Shown: positions 9,870-19,861 of the stretch, piece after piece | Layout: each line of letters opens with the position of its first letter | Position numbering within the stretch: the stretch's first letter is position 1 | DNA from: a virus | Lineage: Duplodnaviria; Caudoviricetes | IMG/VR virus record: IMGVR_UViG_3300033417_000005 | Location: 1-64,000 of that record | Strand: one strand, 5' to 3' | DNA length: 64,000 bases | The notes under the pieces: generated by a model | The model's database searches: none | The model's input: the letters and a program-made list of their open reading frames with translations, nothing else | What the model was told of the DNA's origin: nothing | Program-made: the position numbers and the translations under genes

Positions 9870-10889
9870 ATGGCAGGCACGCTAATCGGCAGAATATTTT
9901 GGTCCTTGTCCCGTAATGACGAGGGACACCGAACGTATACGGTGCGGCATCGGGTGCGTACGTTGCAGACTGACGGTCCTCGTGTAGCGTTTTCTACTCT
10001 TGGTCTGCCCAACATTGGCGACACTTGGAGCTTCGGCAACGATTCGGATCCGTGGGCGTTCTGCCGTCCGGAGATGCGCGTGACGGTGGAGCAGAACACG
10101 GATATTAACCCTTCGAGCGGGGACGGAGGAGGTCCCTATACGTACTGGATTGTGGAACAGATGTTTAGTAGTCGGGCTATAGGAGGCGGGGGTGGAGGAC
10201 CTGCGAGCTGTGCCGATACAACACTCGACAATCCTCTGCTCCAGCCTGCTAGAATTCGCTGGGGCGGGCGCAACGAACGTAAGCTGCAAGAACGGGACAA
10301 GGATGGGAACGCGATTGTCAACAGCGCCTTTGAACAGGTAAAAGGCCCTGAGGTGGAATTTGACGTGAATCGCCCGCAAATCTCCATAGAGCAGAACCGG
10401 GCTGTTTTGGACAACGCCCTCCTGTTTGTAAACTTCGTAAACGATGCGACGCTGTGGGACTACGCCAGCCGCCGTGTGAAACTAGACAACGTAAGCTACG
10501 AACGTAGAGTGTTTGGAACGTGTACCTTCTACTTTGTGCGCACTTTGGAATTCAGTGTTGGAGTGTTCGATACATTCCCGATTGACGAGGGTACGAAAGT
10601 TCTCAACGGCAAATGGCCGGAAGCCGGCGGTGATTGGGAGCTTGTAGACATTGGCGGCAGTCCCCCAGACCCTACGAAACCCAACCACTTCATCCGGGCA
10701 AAGGACCTGAACGATGAAAACTTTCATACCCTTCTAGGAGGAGCCGCCGATCCCGGGGTGCCGCTGCCTGAAGCCGCCGGTGGAGTTGCTCGGGTAATTC
10801 CTCTCGCCGATCCCGACGGAGTAAAATACTATCCGGAGTTCAATTTTGTCAGCCTTGGAATTCCCACGGACTTGGCAGCCCCGACCTAA
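9870..10889 (+). CDS. Tail tip/distal tail protein
   Basis: Follows tape measure; ATG at 9870 preferred over the track start 9840. Confidence 0.55.
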   Translation: MAGTLIGRIFWSLSRNDEGHRTYTVRHRVRTLQTDGPRVAFSTLGLPNIGDTWSFGNDSDPWAFCRPEMRVTVEQNTDINPSSGDGGGPYTYWIVEQMFSSRAIGGGGGGPASCADTTLDNPLLQPARIRWGGRNERKLQERDKDGNAIVNSAFEQVKGPEVEFDVNRPQISIEQNRAVLDNALLFVNFVNDATLWDYASRRVKLDNVSYERRVFGTCTFYFVRTLEFSVGVFDTFPIDEGTKVLNGKWPEAGGDWELVDIGGSPPDPTKPNHFIRAKDLNDENFHTLLGGAADPGVPLPEAAGGVARVIPLADPDGVKYYPEFNFVSLGIPTDLAAPT

Positions 10890-10932
10890 ACGATCAAGTA
10901 AGGACGTAACAATGCTTCGCAAGGAATAACGC

Positions 10933-11367
10933 ATGGCCAACGAAATTAGAATTACTTCCGGTCTTTCCATCAACACTCCAGCCTCCGGGCCTGTACTAAT
11001 AGAGAACTTTTCCGACTCATTTCAGGCGGACATGGCAGGCCGCAAGGGGCCTAGTCCAGGGGCCATTAGCGTCAGTACGGCGGGGACCGACGTTGACTTT
11101 AGCGAGCTGACTACTCCAGCGATATGCCGGATCAAAAATTTGGACGGCACCAACTTTGTGGAGTATGGAATTTGGGACCCGGACAATAGCAAGTTCTTTC
11201 CACTCGGTGAAATTCTCCCGGGCGAAGCGTACGTACTGCGCCTAAGCAGGAACTTGATGGAAGAGTTTGGGACGGGGACAGGAACCACGGGACCGGGAAT
11301 AAACACATTACGGTTCAAAGCGGATACGGCTCCCGTGGTTGTCGTCGTAGACGCCTACGAACTTTAG
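10933..11367 (+). CDS. Hypothetical tail-region protein
   Basis: 144 aa, AAGGA RBS. Confidence 0.65.
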   Translation: MANEIRITSGLSINTPASGPVLIENFSDSFQADMAGRKGPSPGAISVSTAGTDVDFSELTTPAICRIKNLDGTNFVEYGIWDPDNSKFFPLGEILPGEAYVLRLSRNLMEEFGTGTGTTGPGINTLRFKADTAPVVVVVDAYEL

Positions 11368-11378
11368 AGAGGATATCC

Positions 11379-11909
11379 ATGTCCATTGATAATTTCATAG
11401 AACAGGAAAGGGACGTGACAATGCTAGATTCTCTAGAAGCTTCGCAGCTTTGCAAGGAGGGTGAGGCGGCTACAACGGCTCCCTACACGAAGGCGAAACC
11501 GTTCGACCGTTTAACAGTGGTGGAAACCGTCTACTATCAAGCGTATGAAGAGTCGCCGGTTTCTATCGAGTCGAAGTACGAACGGATTTTGCAAACGGTT
11601 CAGGAGCAGGTGTATATTCGTAGGTTGACGGCTACCCAAGAATGGGAGCTCCTGGAGTATGGATGGGTGGAAGATCCCGGCCTAGTTCATATCCAAAACT
11701 TAGAGGGGAAAGGGCCGAGCGATCTGCCCGAACAGGAACGGGCGGCCTTGTCTGACACTCTGCTTCTCCTCGTATCTCATAACAAAACCCTTATCAGTTC
11801 CTGGGTGATACTGGCCGGTGAATCCATGCGTGGACTGCCTCAAGGGGAATTGTTTGTCCGTTCTTTGAATAAGCCCGTACGTTTTACTCTAAGGGCAATT
11901 CCCAAATAA
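11379..11909 (+). CDS. Hypothetical tail-region protein
   Basis: 176 aa, AGAGGA RBS. Confidence 0.65.
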   Translation: MSIDNFIEQERDVTMLDSLEASQLCKEGEAATTAPYTKAKPFDRLTVVETVYYQAYEESPVSIESKYERILQTVQEQVYIRRLTATQEWELLEYGWVEDPGLVHIQNLEGKGPSDLPEQERAALSDTLLLLVSHNKTLISSWVILAGESMRGLPQGELFVRSLNKPVRFTLRAIPK

Positions 11910-11923
11910 AGTTAACGCAGGCA

Positions 11924-13159
11924 ATGGCCACGGCAATACTACTAAGCGAGAACGATAAGAAGTTATTGCAAAAACTCCTAGACGAGTTTCGTACAAGCCG
12001 TCTCGACCAGCTTTTTAACCCGTCGACCGTCGTAAGTCCTTCGGAGTCGGGGTTTTCGCAGCAAGCGAGTGACGTTTACGTAGTGCTGCCTCAAACGGCG
12101 GGCGGAATTCCCGGGTTGACAATGGGCAGTCCTGACGTCGCGGGCAGCGCGGTATGCGACGTCTATCGTATCAACGAATCCGACGAACTGGTGCTTTCCA
12201 CGGGGGGACTCACCAAAAGGGTTTACAACCTTTCCACGACGGACATCCCTCAGGACTACACCTTGGCTAAGAAGCTGAAGGGGGGCCGGTGGGTGGCGGA
12301 ATCCCTAGGCTCTTCCGAAAAGGTGAAGTGGGGGATGGCGACTGAAAACTGGACCAATTCTTCCCCCTGTCCTGGGGTGACAGTCACTCCAGTGGATGAC
12401 TGTAGTGGAACAAATCCTACTCCTGGAACAAGTGACGACGTTGTCGTTTTATTGCCGCGTCGCGCCGAAGGGGATCCTAATGTAGTAGTCAACGACGTGA
12501 TAGCCTACACTACAACAACCGACGGGACCAGCGTCTGCGTCAGCGACTACCTAGACGCCAAGATTGGTTCCGTGATGCTGTGGGCCTTGGCTCAGGGGAG
12601 CATTCCTCCGGGATGGGCGGTGATGGACGGTACGGATAACGCCACCCCGCAAGGAAGCGGTTTGGACCTTAGTGACAAATTTATTCGCGCTGGAAGTGCA
12701 ACAGGGGCGGAAGGCGGAACGGAAACGCACTTTCACGAGTTCGTGGTACAGATTCCGCCGCATACGATCAGTGCAAGCCAGTTGGCGCACACCCACCCGA
12801 TTAGTATTAACATAGACGACCATACGGTGGCTGACCTAGAACATACGCATCAAATCATTGAAGGCACAGCCAACCTCAATGAGGAGATTACAAGTCCCGA
12901 CTTTGGCTTTCCTGAACCGTGCGTTGGTCTGCCTCTGGACCCGGAAGGGTTGGCAGGATCATCCCTACAAGCGGATTGCGATATTCTAGGATCTTGGGGA
13001 CCGCTCTCCCACGTTGTAGACGCCAGCGTACTTTCCGGAGGTCCTAGCGCTGTCACATTGGTTCATACGGGAGGAATAGGAGAGACATCTGCGGAAGAAC
13101 ATTTCCCCCCTTATATCACGATGATCTTTATCGAGCGGATTGACAACAGTGAACCTTAA
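11924..13159 (+). CDS. Tail fibre/baseplate protein with collar-like domain
   Basis: KIGSVMLWA...IPPGWAVMDGT...DLSDKFIRAG collar motif, then His-repeat segments (THFH, AHTH, EHTH). Confidence 0.65.
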   Translation: MATAILLSENDKKLLQKLLDEFRTSRLDQLFNPSTVVSPSESGFSQQASDVYVVLPQTAGGIPGLTMGSPDVAGSAVCDVYRINESDELVLSTGGLTKRVYNLSTTDIPQDYTLAKKLKGGRWVAESLGSSEKVKWGMATENWTNSSPCPGVTVTPVDDCSGTNPTPGTSDDVVVLLPRRAEGDPNVVVNDVIAYTTTTDGTSVCVSDYLDAKIGSVMLWALAQGSIPPGWAVMDGTDNATPQGSGLDLSDKFIRAGSATGAEGGTETHFHEFVVQIPPHTISASQLAHTHPISINIDDHTVADLEHTHQIIEGTANLNEEITSPDFGFPEPCVGLPLDPEGLAGSSLQADCDILGSWGPLSHVVDASVLSGGPSAVTLVHTGGIGETSAEEHFPPYITMIFIERIDNSEP

Positions 13160-13529
13160 GATTGTAGGAGAAATCGAAGATTTGACAAACAGACCGGACA
13201 TGACTCTAGCATGGAACTGGTATAGTCCTCTTATGCTCACCGTTTTGTATTACGTTCGTCATGACCGACCTATAGAAGCCGGAGAACTTTCGAAGTCCCC
13301 GCTGGCGAACTGGAAAAACCGGGCTTGTTACCGTAGAAGGGAAGCGGACAAGCTGTGGCAATTATTTCGGTCTATCAGGGCTCGCGGATATCATCCAAGG
13401 AAAGGCGACGAGATCAAAGTGGCTTATGCAGCAAATAATCTGTGGTTTGTCAACGGCGCTCATCGTGCGGCGGTTCTAAAGGCGATGGCGAGCAAAGTTC
13501 CAGCACTGCTTTTGGAGAACGAGAAGTGA
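13140..13529 (+). CDS. ParB/Srx-like domain protein
   Basis: IKV...VNGAHRAAVL resembles the ParB DGxHR motif. Confidence 0.5.
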   Translation: MTTVNLKIVGEIEDLTNRPDMTLAWNWYSPLMLTVLYYVRHDRPIEAGELSKSPLANWKNRACYRRREADKLWQLFRSIRARGYHPRKGDEIKVAYAANNLWFVNGAHRAAVLKAMASKVPALLLENEK

Positions 13530-13858
13530 CAATTACTTACAAACAGCTAGGGCAGACCAGACCGGCGGGGACGACTGCTGTTACTCACTACACTTGTCCC
13601 GCACTGACTCAAACCATTGTCACGAATCTGATCGTGGCCAATACCAGCGGAAGTCCAGCCACGTTTCGTATATTCCACGACGCAGCCGCAACTACGTTTG
13701 ACGAAAGCACGGCGCTCTATTGGGACATTGCCATCGCTGCTGACGAGTCACTCACGTACGTTTTTCTCGCTAAAATGAATGCGGCGGGAAGTCTCGGAGT
13801 GCGATCTAGTGTAGGCAACGCTTTAACCTTTACCAGCTTTGGAAATGAGATCACATGA
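13526..13858 (+). CDS. Small beta-sandwich virion-type protein
   Basis: GTG overlaps upstream TGA; YTCPALTQTIVTNLIVAN pattern. Confidence 0.6.
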   Translation: MTITYKQLGQTRPAGTTAVTHYTCPALTQTIVTNLIVANTSGSPATFRIFHDAAATTFDESTALYWDIAIAADESLTYVFLAKMNAAGSLGVRSSVGNALTFTSFGNEIT

Positions 13859-14592
13859 TCACTTGGGCCTACGGAGTGACAACCGTACCGAGTCGGGCAT
13901 CCACGCTGTTCCCTCGTACGTTGGAGTCTCTAAAGAAATCTGGATTTGACAAACCTCACTTGTTCGTGGATGGAGCCAGTTATAGCCAAGAGATGGAACG
14001 CTATCTTACGAGGTTCGCCCTGCCCATAACCATTCGGTCTTCTCCCGTACGGTGTTTCGGCAACTGGCTGGTTGCTCTGATAGAACTCCTGATACGGTTT
14101 CCAAACTCTGATCGGTTTGCCATTTTCCAGGACGACTTTGTTACTTATCCAGGACTGCGAAAGTATTTGGACTGGTGTGGATATCCAGACAAGGGGTATC
14201 TGAATCTGTTTACGATGCCGAGTAACAAGGAACACGTGAAAAGAGGCGAGGGCTGGCACGCGAGCAACCAGCTTGGCCGGGGAGGAGTGGCAACGGTATT
14301 CAACCGTGCGGCGGTCACAATTCTAATGCAGCACAAAATAGTAATGGACAACCTGCTGGACGAAGCCAACGGCTGGAAACGACAGGACGGAACCGTGGTC
14401 AACGCACTAAGAAGAGAGGGCTGGACGGAGTACGTGCATCAGCCTAGTCTTGTAGAACACACGGGGTATCCATCCTCGTTTAACAACAAGAAGCAGCCTC
14501 AAAGCATTTCTTTTCGTGGAGAAGAATATGACGTCACCGCGCTCATCGATAACGTCAAGCGATGGGGACCACAAGGTAACTATTCAATTTAA
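13855..14592 (+). CDS. GT-A fold glycosyltransferase
   Basis: FAIFQDDFV metal-binding motif; C-terminal PSLVEHTG. Confidence 0.7.
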   Translation: MITWAYGVTTVPSRASTLFPRTLESLKKSGFDKPHLFVDGASYSQEMERYLTRFALPITIRSSPVRCFGNWLVALIELLIRFPNSDRFAIFQDDFVTYPGLRKYLDWCGYPDKGYLNLFTMPSNKEHVKRGEGWHASNQLGRGGVATVFNRAAVTILMQHKIVMDNLLDEANGWKRQDGTVVNALRREGWTEYVHQPSLVEHTGYPSSFNNKKQPQSISFRGEEYDVTALIDNVKRWGPQGNYSI

Positions 14593-14797
14593 GGGACTGG
14601 GAGACAGGGTGGAACAAGCACTGACCTTGATGGGCGTCACCGAGGAAAGGGTGGCTCGTTGGGTGGGCGGTCCCTGTGGCTGCGACGAACGTAAGGAAAA
14701 GCTAAACCGCCTTGGAAGCTGGGCGAGTAGAATACTGGCAGGAAAAACAAAAAACGCGGTTCTATATCTTAACCAACTTTTAGGAGAAGATCGATGA
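14516..14797 (+). CDS. Small CGC-motif phage protein (start uncertain)
   Basis: GLGDRVE...PCGCDERKEKLN. Confidence 0.6.
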   Translation: MEKNMTSPRSSITSSDGDHKVTIQFKGLGDRVEQALTLMGVTEERVARWVGGPCGCDERKEKLNRLGSWASRILAGKTKNAVLYLNQLLGEDR

Positions 14798-16662
14798 TTA
14801 CCCCTCCCACGCTGCCGAATCTGCCGGAAGACTGGAATGGCGCACCTTTGGGTCTTCTTGACCTGGAAGACATCCCGGTTGACAATACAGTCAATATTCC
14901 AGATGGGGATTCCAATGCGTTCTGGCAAGCCGTAGAAAGCTCTCCCGGAGGAACGGCGGTTGTATTGCCGCCCGGCGATTACCCATTTTCCACTTGCCGT
15001 TGGACTACGAAAAAGGCTCGGCAAGGATGGGTGGTGGTTCGGCCCACGGATTCCGCTTTGCAGGCAATTAAGAATGTGATTGGCAGCCAGGGAAGAATCA
15101 GAGAATCTTTGGCCCCTATGATGCCTCGTATTCACGCTTTTCCCGGAGCGCAAGAAGGATATTTAATTGGGCATCCGAACGCAGACGACCCGACGATCGT
15201 ACATCAAAGAAGTGAGGATAGAAATTTGTTCCTCAGCCACATTAATCTAAACCTGGACATGCAAGGACAGGTGGGCCGGAACATAGGATTCGCGATGAAT
15301 GGAGACGGCATCTACTGCGACCGAGTTTTATTTGGCCGCTTTCAAGCCACGACTGATATGAGAGCGCCTTTAGTGGTCACTCAAGGATACGATCAGGTTT
15401 ACTACGGCTGCACGATGACAGATGCGGCACAGCCTTTAGGGAGCGAACAGCAGGCAGTTCTTTGCCAGCCCCGAACAACTCGCATTTTAATAGACAACTC
15501 ACACATTGACTTTTCCGGGGAGTCCTTGTTCATCAACGGTCACGACCGCATCAGTGGAAAAACTTCCCAGGACATTACGATCCGCAGGTCACTGATAGGA
15601 GACTGGGTCGGGAAGTATATCGGTCATCCCAGGTGGAACTATTCCAAGGCGCTTGTGGAATGGAAGACGGGAGATCGGGTGCTGTTTGAAATGAACGTGA
15701 TCGGCAAGCAGCGCAGCAATCCAGGCGACGGAGGGCAGACCGCTCGGTTTACCGTGTATCGTGCATTCAACAATGCGGGCAAGGACGCCGTGGGACGTGA
15801 CTGGACCATCCGTAGGAATATGTTTCACACCTCTCCCAACGAATTCCAGCTCATGCTTCTTATCGCGTTCTTATCCAACGGAAAAAAGCCGGACGGGCTG
15901 CACCGCATCAGCATCACGGATAATGCTTTCTTCGATATTGCGCCCGGGCACACAAAGAGATCCCCCCTAGAGGTGTTCTTTGCGCAGTGGCTAAAGCATG
16001 ATCCGGACAACGATACGGGGGATGTAGAGATTGCTAGGAATGTTTGGCACTACCCGTCGGCGAAGCCTTTTGGTGCGATGCACGCTATTGGAGATGGAGG
16101 AGGGCTGTTGGCTGCGAATCCCCTCCCAGGCCCGCTGGAAGTGTACGACAACATTATGGACGCTGGAGGCGGCAATTGCCTGCGAAGCTCTGACATGGCG
16201 ACATCCAAACTAGGAGACGCCTTGCTAGATACCATACTGGAAGATCATGACTGGCACCACAACGCCCACGTTCGGGCAAGTGACAACAACTCATTCACTA
16301 GTTCAAAGACCGTAGTTTCCATGCCCGTGGACGTGAAATTTGTGGACCCTGACAGGTTTGACTTCACCCTCCAATCCGGCTCCCCTCTAATTGGTAAAGG
16401 GTCCGATGGAGGAGAGCCTGGAATTCAGCATCCCGCAACATTCAAAACGGACGTGGACCATGCTATCGCCGGTACAGTGGACGACACCCCTATTCTTCCT
16501 CCTCCTCCGCCTCCGAGTGATTTAGAAGACAGAGTAAAAGCATTGGAGGCTGTAGTTCTTAAAATAGGGATGGACTGGATAGATTTGAAGGATACTACAG
16601 CCGCTTTGGCCCGTAAGATTATTAAAATTGAAGACTGGATCGAGGGTTTTAGGAAAGAGTAG
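14794..16662 (+). CDS. Putative parallel beta-helix protein (polysaccharide lyase/tailspike-like) with C-terminal coiled coil
   Basis: Repeating ITIRRS/VLFEMN/WTIRRNMF/ISITDNAF strands; FVDP..FDFTLQSGSPLIGKG cap; Pro linker; LEDRVKALE. Confidence 0.55.
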   Translation: MITPPTLPNLPEDWNGAPLGLLDLEDIPVDNTVNIPDGDSNAFWQAVESSPGGTAVVLPPGDYPFSTCRWTTKKARQGWVVVRPTDSALQAIKNVIGSQGRIRESLAPMMPRIHAFPGAQEGYLIGHPNADDPTIVHQRSEDRNLFLSHINLNLDMQGQVGRNIGFAMNGDGIYCDRVLFGRFQATTDMRAPLVVTQGYDQVYYGCTMTDAAQPLGSEQQAVLCQPRTTRILIDNSHIDFSGESLFINGHDRISGKTSQDITIRRSLIGDWVGKYIGHPRWNYSKALVEWKTGDRVLFEMNVIGKQRSNPGDGGQTARFTVYRAFNNAGKDAVGRDWTIRRNMFHTSPNEFQLMLLIAFLSNGKKPDGLHRISITDNAFFDIAPGHTKRSPLEVFFAQWLKHDPDNDTGDVEIARNVWHYPSAKPFGAMHAIGDGGGLLAANPLPGPLEVYDNIMDAGGGNCLRSSDMATSKLGDALLDTILEDHDWHHNAHVRASDNNSFTSSKTVVSMPVDVKFVDPDRFDFTLQSGSPLIGKGSDGGEPGIQHPATFKTDVDHAIAGTVDDTPILPPPPPPSDLEDRVKALEAVVLKIGMDWIDLKDTTAALARKIIKIEDWIEGFRKE

Positions 16663-16776
16663 AATTGTCCTTTTTGTGGCGACGAGGTTTACGGCATAGC
16701 AAGCCGGTTATAATTTACAGCATAGCGGCTTTGACGTCCGAAGCCGAATTGTTTTTTCTTTAAGTAAGGGAGCAAA

Positions 16777-17118
16777 GTGATGCGAATTTTAGTTTTTGTC
16801 GGCGTTGTGGCTGGTTGTCTTTACGCAGTTGGATCTAGTACGGCGCAGGAGATTCGTCCCGCTCAGCATCCGGTGAGTTTACAAGCGGACGTGGGAGGAG
16901 TTCCGCAGCCGGTGATGGACCCCATGGATCCGGCGCAGTCGGGTAAGGACTCTCCGGTACAAAATGCCAAGCCTTCCCCCGCGCAAAATACTAAGGGCGC
17001 TGGAATTGGCTGCGCCGGGAGTGGACGCTTACTAGGCCATGGACGACTTCGGCTGCGTAATTGGCGACCGTTTCGTATCCTCCGTGAGGCGCGTGCCGCT
17101 CGTCTAGGGGCTTGTTAA
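16777..17118 (+). CDS. Secreted/periplasmic small protein
   Basis: Signal peptide MMRILVFVGVVAGCLYAVGSSTA; basic C-terminus. Confidence 0.6.
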   Translation: MMRILVFVGVVAGCLYAVGSSTAQEIRPAQHPVSLQADVGGVPQPVMDPMDPAQSGKDSPVQNAKPSPAQNTKGAGIGCAGSGRLLGHGRLRLRNWRPFRILREARAARLGAC

Positions 17119-17203
17119 GGCTTTGCGCCTTGCAGGAAAGTGGTGAGGGGAGTTCTTCTAGTCTTTGCCCCTTGCCACTTTTCCTGTTTCTGTAACTATC
17201 ACA

Positions 17204-18334
17204 ATGAATGGAAAATCCAAGATGGACGGTCGTGAATTTCTTACCGCTCGCAAGTGGCTGAAGGATTATGGATATCTTCCTAACGTCTCCTACGCAAGCC
17301 TTGATGCGTTAGACCGTAAAAGCGTGGAGCTGCGTCAAGGAGCGGAGATGGCGCAGAAGTTCTATGGGACAAAATTCATTGGGGAGCCTGACGCAGTAAT
17401 TGGTCCTAGAACCTTGTCAGTGATGGCTGAACCGAGATGCGGATTCCCGGACACGAATTACGATAAGGAGCTATTGCCCAATGCGGCTGGGAGCGGGAGT
17501 TGGCCTGCTGCTTGCCACGAGACTGGAATCAGAGTCTCCATTGACACGAGAAATGCTCCTAGTTGGATGGACGTTGACGCGATATTTGAAATTAGTAAGA
17601 GAGAGTACGCCAAGGTCGGTTGTCTTTTGGTGCGGGTTCCTTATGGGGAATCGGCGCACATTCGGCAAAGTTTCCGTTCCCTTTCCGGTTCTACGATTGG
17701 TCTTGCTGAGTTCAACAATCAAAGCTGTAGCGACAGCGTGTTCAACTATAGGGACCCTAGTTACAATGGAGGAGCTGAGCGCAACGTCAACCTAGATCTT
17801 CACGAGCTAGGGCACAACAACAACTTGGAGCATCGTAGTCAAGGGGGGATCATGCATCCCTCCATTACTTCTTCTCCCAACATGTTTGTTGATTTCGGTC
17901 CCAACATGAACATCATCTATCAGGACCCGAGCTATCAAGACCTGAAGAAACGATATGGAGGACTGCCTATTCCGACAATTCCAATTCCACCAGTACCACC
18001 CGTTCCACCTACACCCATTCCTTTACCACCTGAACCACCGAGGCCTCCTATGCCACCTATTGATTGGAGAGAAATCCTAGCATTTGTTTTGGAAATGATC
18101 AGCTTATGCCGAGCACAAGGCATGAAAGAGCAAAGGATTCGTGAGAACATTCGCAATCCTGGACCCGTGCAAAAGTTCCGGCTGGAAAACCGTGTGCGGA
18201 CCGCCAATTCAATACGGATCCGGGAATGGCGTCGAGTCGCCGACGAAGTGATGGCTCCTTACTACGAATCTGCCAAGGAACTGACAGACGACGATCTGGA
18301 CCGTATGTTTGCAGCCGCCGCGGAAGATGAATAG
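17204..18334 (+). CDS. Matrixin (M10)-like zinc metalloprotease with propeptide
   Basis: WLKDYGYL, cysteine switch PRCGFPD, HELGHNNNLEH, Met-turn IMHP. Confidence 0.8.
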   Translation: MNGKSKMDGREFLTARKWLKDYGYLPNVSYASLDALDRKSVELRQGAEMAQKFYGTKFIGEPDAVIGPRTLSVMAEPRCGFPDTNYDKELLPNAAGSGSWPAACHETGIRVSIDTRNAPSWMDVDAIFEISKREYAKVGCLLVRVPYGESAHIRQSFRSLSGSTIGLAEFNNQSCSDSVFNYRDPSYNGGAERNVNLDLHELGHNNNLEHRSQGGIMHPSITSSPNMFVDFGPNMNIIYQDPSYQDLKKRYGGLPIPTIPIPPVPPVPPTPIPLPPEPPRPPMPPIDWREILAFVLEMISLCRAQGMKEQRIRENIRNPGPVQKFRLENRVRTANSIRIREWRRVADEVMAPYYESAKELTDDDLDRMFAAAAEDE

Positions 18335-18453
18335 CTGAACTGAAGCTGTACTATGGAGTGGATGGCGAGTAAGCCAGTGGGCTATGGAAGGGATTCCCCC
18401 CGTACCACCCATGCAGGTGAGACCCCTGCTCCACTTCTAATTGGAAAGATAAT

Positions 18454-18741
18454 ATGGTTGATACTGGAGACTCCCCCTGCTGCGCCAATTGTTGTTATGC
18501 CTTCAAGGGGGCTGGAATAGGCAACGCGCTGCTGGAATGCCGCTACGAACCACCGAAAGTATTCATGTTTACTATTCCGATGAAGGGGGTGGTTCCAGGA
18601 CAATCCGCCGTTCAAATGCGGTTCCAGTCCAAGTTCCCCGACGTAGATCCAACGCACGTCTGCGGCAAACACCCGCAGTATCCGAGGACAGCTCCTCCCT
18701 TTGCCAAACCTAGTCCGCCTCCACCTCCCCCGAAAAAGTAA
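18454..18741 (+). CDS. Cys-rich small phage protein
   Basis: CANC...CRYEPP...FPDV...CGKH. Confidence 0.6.
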   Translation: MVDTGDSPCCANCCYAFKGAGIGNALLECRYEPPKVFMFTIPMKGVVPGQSAVQMRFQSKFPDVDPTHVCGKHPQYPRTAPPFAKPSPPPPPPKK

Positions 18742-18745
18742 TTCA

Positions 18746-19861
18746 ATGATCGATCAGGGAGTTCCACAAACGATTGATCAGCTTCTTGATCGGCTGGGCC
18801 GGGACAGACGGGTGACTTTGGTTTCCCGCCCTCTCCCCGCTCCTTCTTACACTGGAACGAGTGGAGAGCGAAAGGTGTTTCTAGGCGTAGAATCTATGAG
18901 GCGTCACATGACGGATGAAGGATGGCTGCTTACTATCGGCCTTCAATCCGCGGGATACCATCTGTGGGGCCATGGGTTCGACAACAACCTCACTGACGTA
19001 GAGCAGATAGTGCAACTAGCCTCGCCTGACGTAGTGGCTGTACAAGACAAGCGGGAGTGGGAGGGGCTGACTGGAGACCGAGACGCGAGGAGAGCGCCTG
19101 AACGTTCGAAGGATTGCTTTACACGGATCGACGTCTTGCGATCTAGGAACGATCTATTCAAAGTCACCGTACTGAAAGACTCCCACCAACAGAACCACTA
19201 TCACCGAGCCTCAGCCGAAGAAATGGGGTGTCATGCGTGGATTGTCTACTATCATCCAAGAATTGTACGCCATCTAGCTCCTTATGTACGACCGACTCAC
19301 CTGATTCGCACCCACCATTGCGTGGACGGCGAAGCGATACCCGACTACTGCAAGTATGAGCGGAAGAGCTGTCTGCTTAGTGGAGCAATCGGCGCGGTGT
19401 ATCCCATCCGGCAAGCGTTGCTGAAAAAGCTGGCAACAATTCCGGAACTGGAGTATTGGCCGCATCCCGGTTATCACGCCCACGGGCCCGACACCAGCCG
19501 TTATCTACAACTGCTCTCTCAATACCGGGCGGCAATATGCACGTCGAGTATCTATGGCTATGCCATACGAAAGATTTATGAGGCCACGGCTTGCGGCTGC
19601 GTGGTAATTACGGACCTGCCAAGAGACGACTGCTTGCCGGTAATTGATGAGAATCTTATTAGAATCTCTCCCGGTACGGACAACTTGTGCGTTACTATTC
19701 GCAATCTCATCAAATGGATCGATTGTAACTACTGTCCGGTCAGGCAGCATGCTTTAGCGGAACGATGTAAAGAGTACTACGACTGGCGAGCCGTGGGAAA
19801 CCGGCTGGCGGCAGACGTCGAAGAGTTAAGAAAGGGATACTCCAGTGACGTGGATCGTTAG
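18746..19861 (+). CDS. GT-B fold glycosyltransferase
   Basis: C-terminal YLQLLSQYRAAIC...KIYEATACGC; ATG at 18746 chosen. Confidence 0.7.
   Translation: MIDQGVPQTIDQLLDRLGRDRRVTLVSRPLPAPSYTGTSGERKVFLGVESMRRHMTDEGWLLTIGLQSAGYHLWGHGFDNNLTDVEQIVQLASPDVVAVQDKREWEGLTGDRDARRAPERSKDCFTRIDVLRSRNDLFKVTVLKDSHQQNHYHRASAEEMGCHAWIVYYHPRIVRHLAPYVRPTHLIRTHHCVDGEAIPDYCKYERKSCLLSGAIGAVYPIRQALLKKLATIPELEYWPHPGYHAHGPDTSRYLQLLSQYRAAICTSSIYGYAIRKIYEATACGCVVITDLPRDDCLPVIDENLIRISPGTDNLCVTIRNLIKWIDCNYCPVRQHALAERCKEYYDWRAVGNRLAADVEELRKGYSSDVDR

Noticed and set aside
6-16662. Diversity-generating retroelement acting on fibre genes
   Set aside because: No reverse transcriptase and no adenine-specific template/variable repeat pair; ORF1 repeats differ mainly at synonymous sites.
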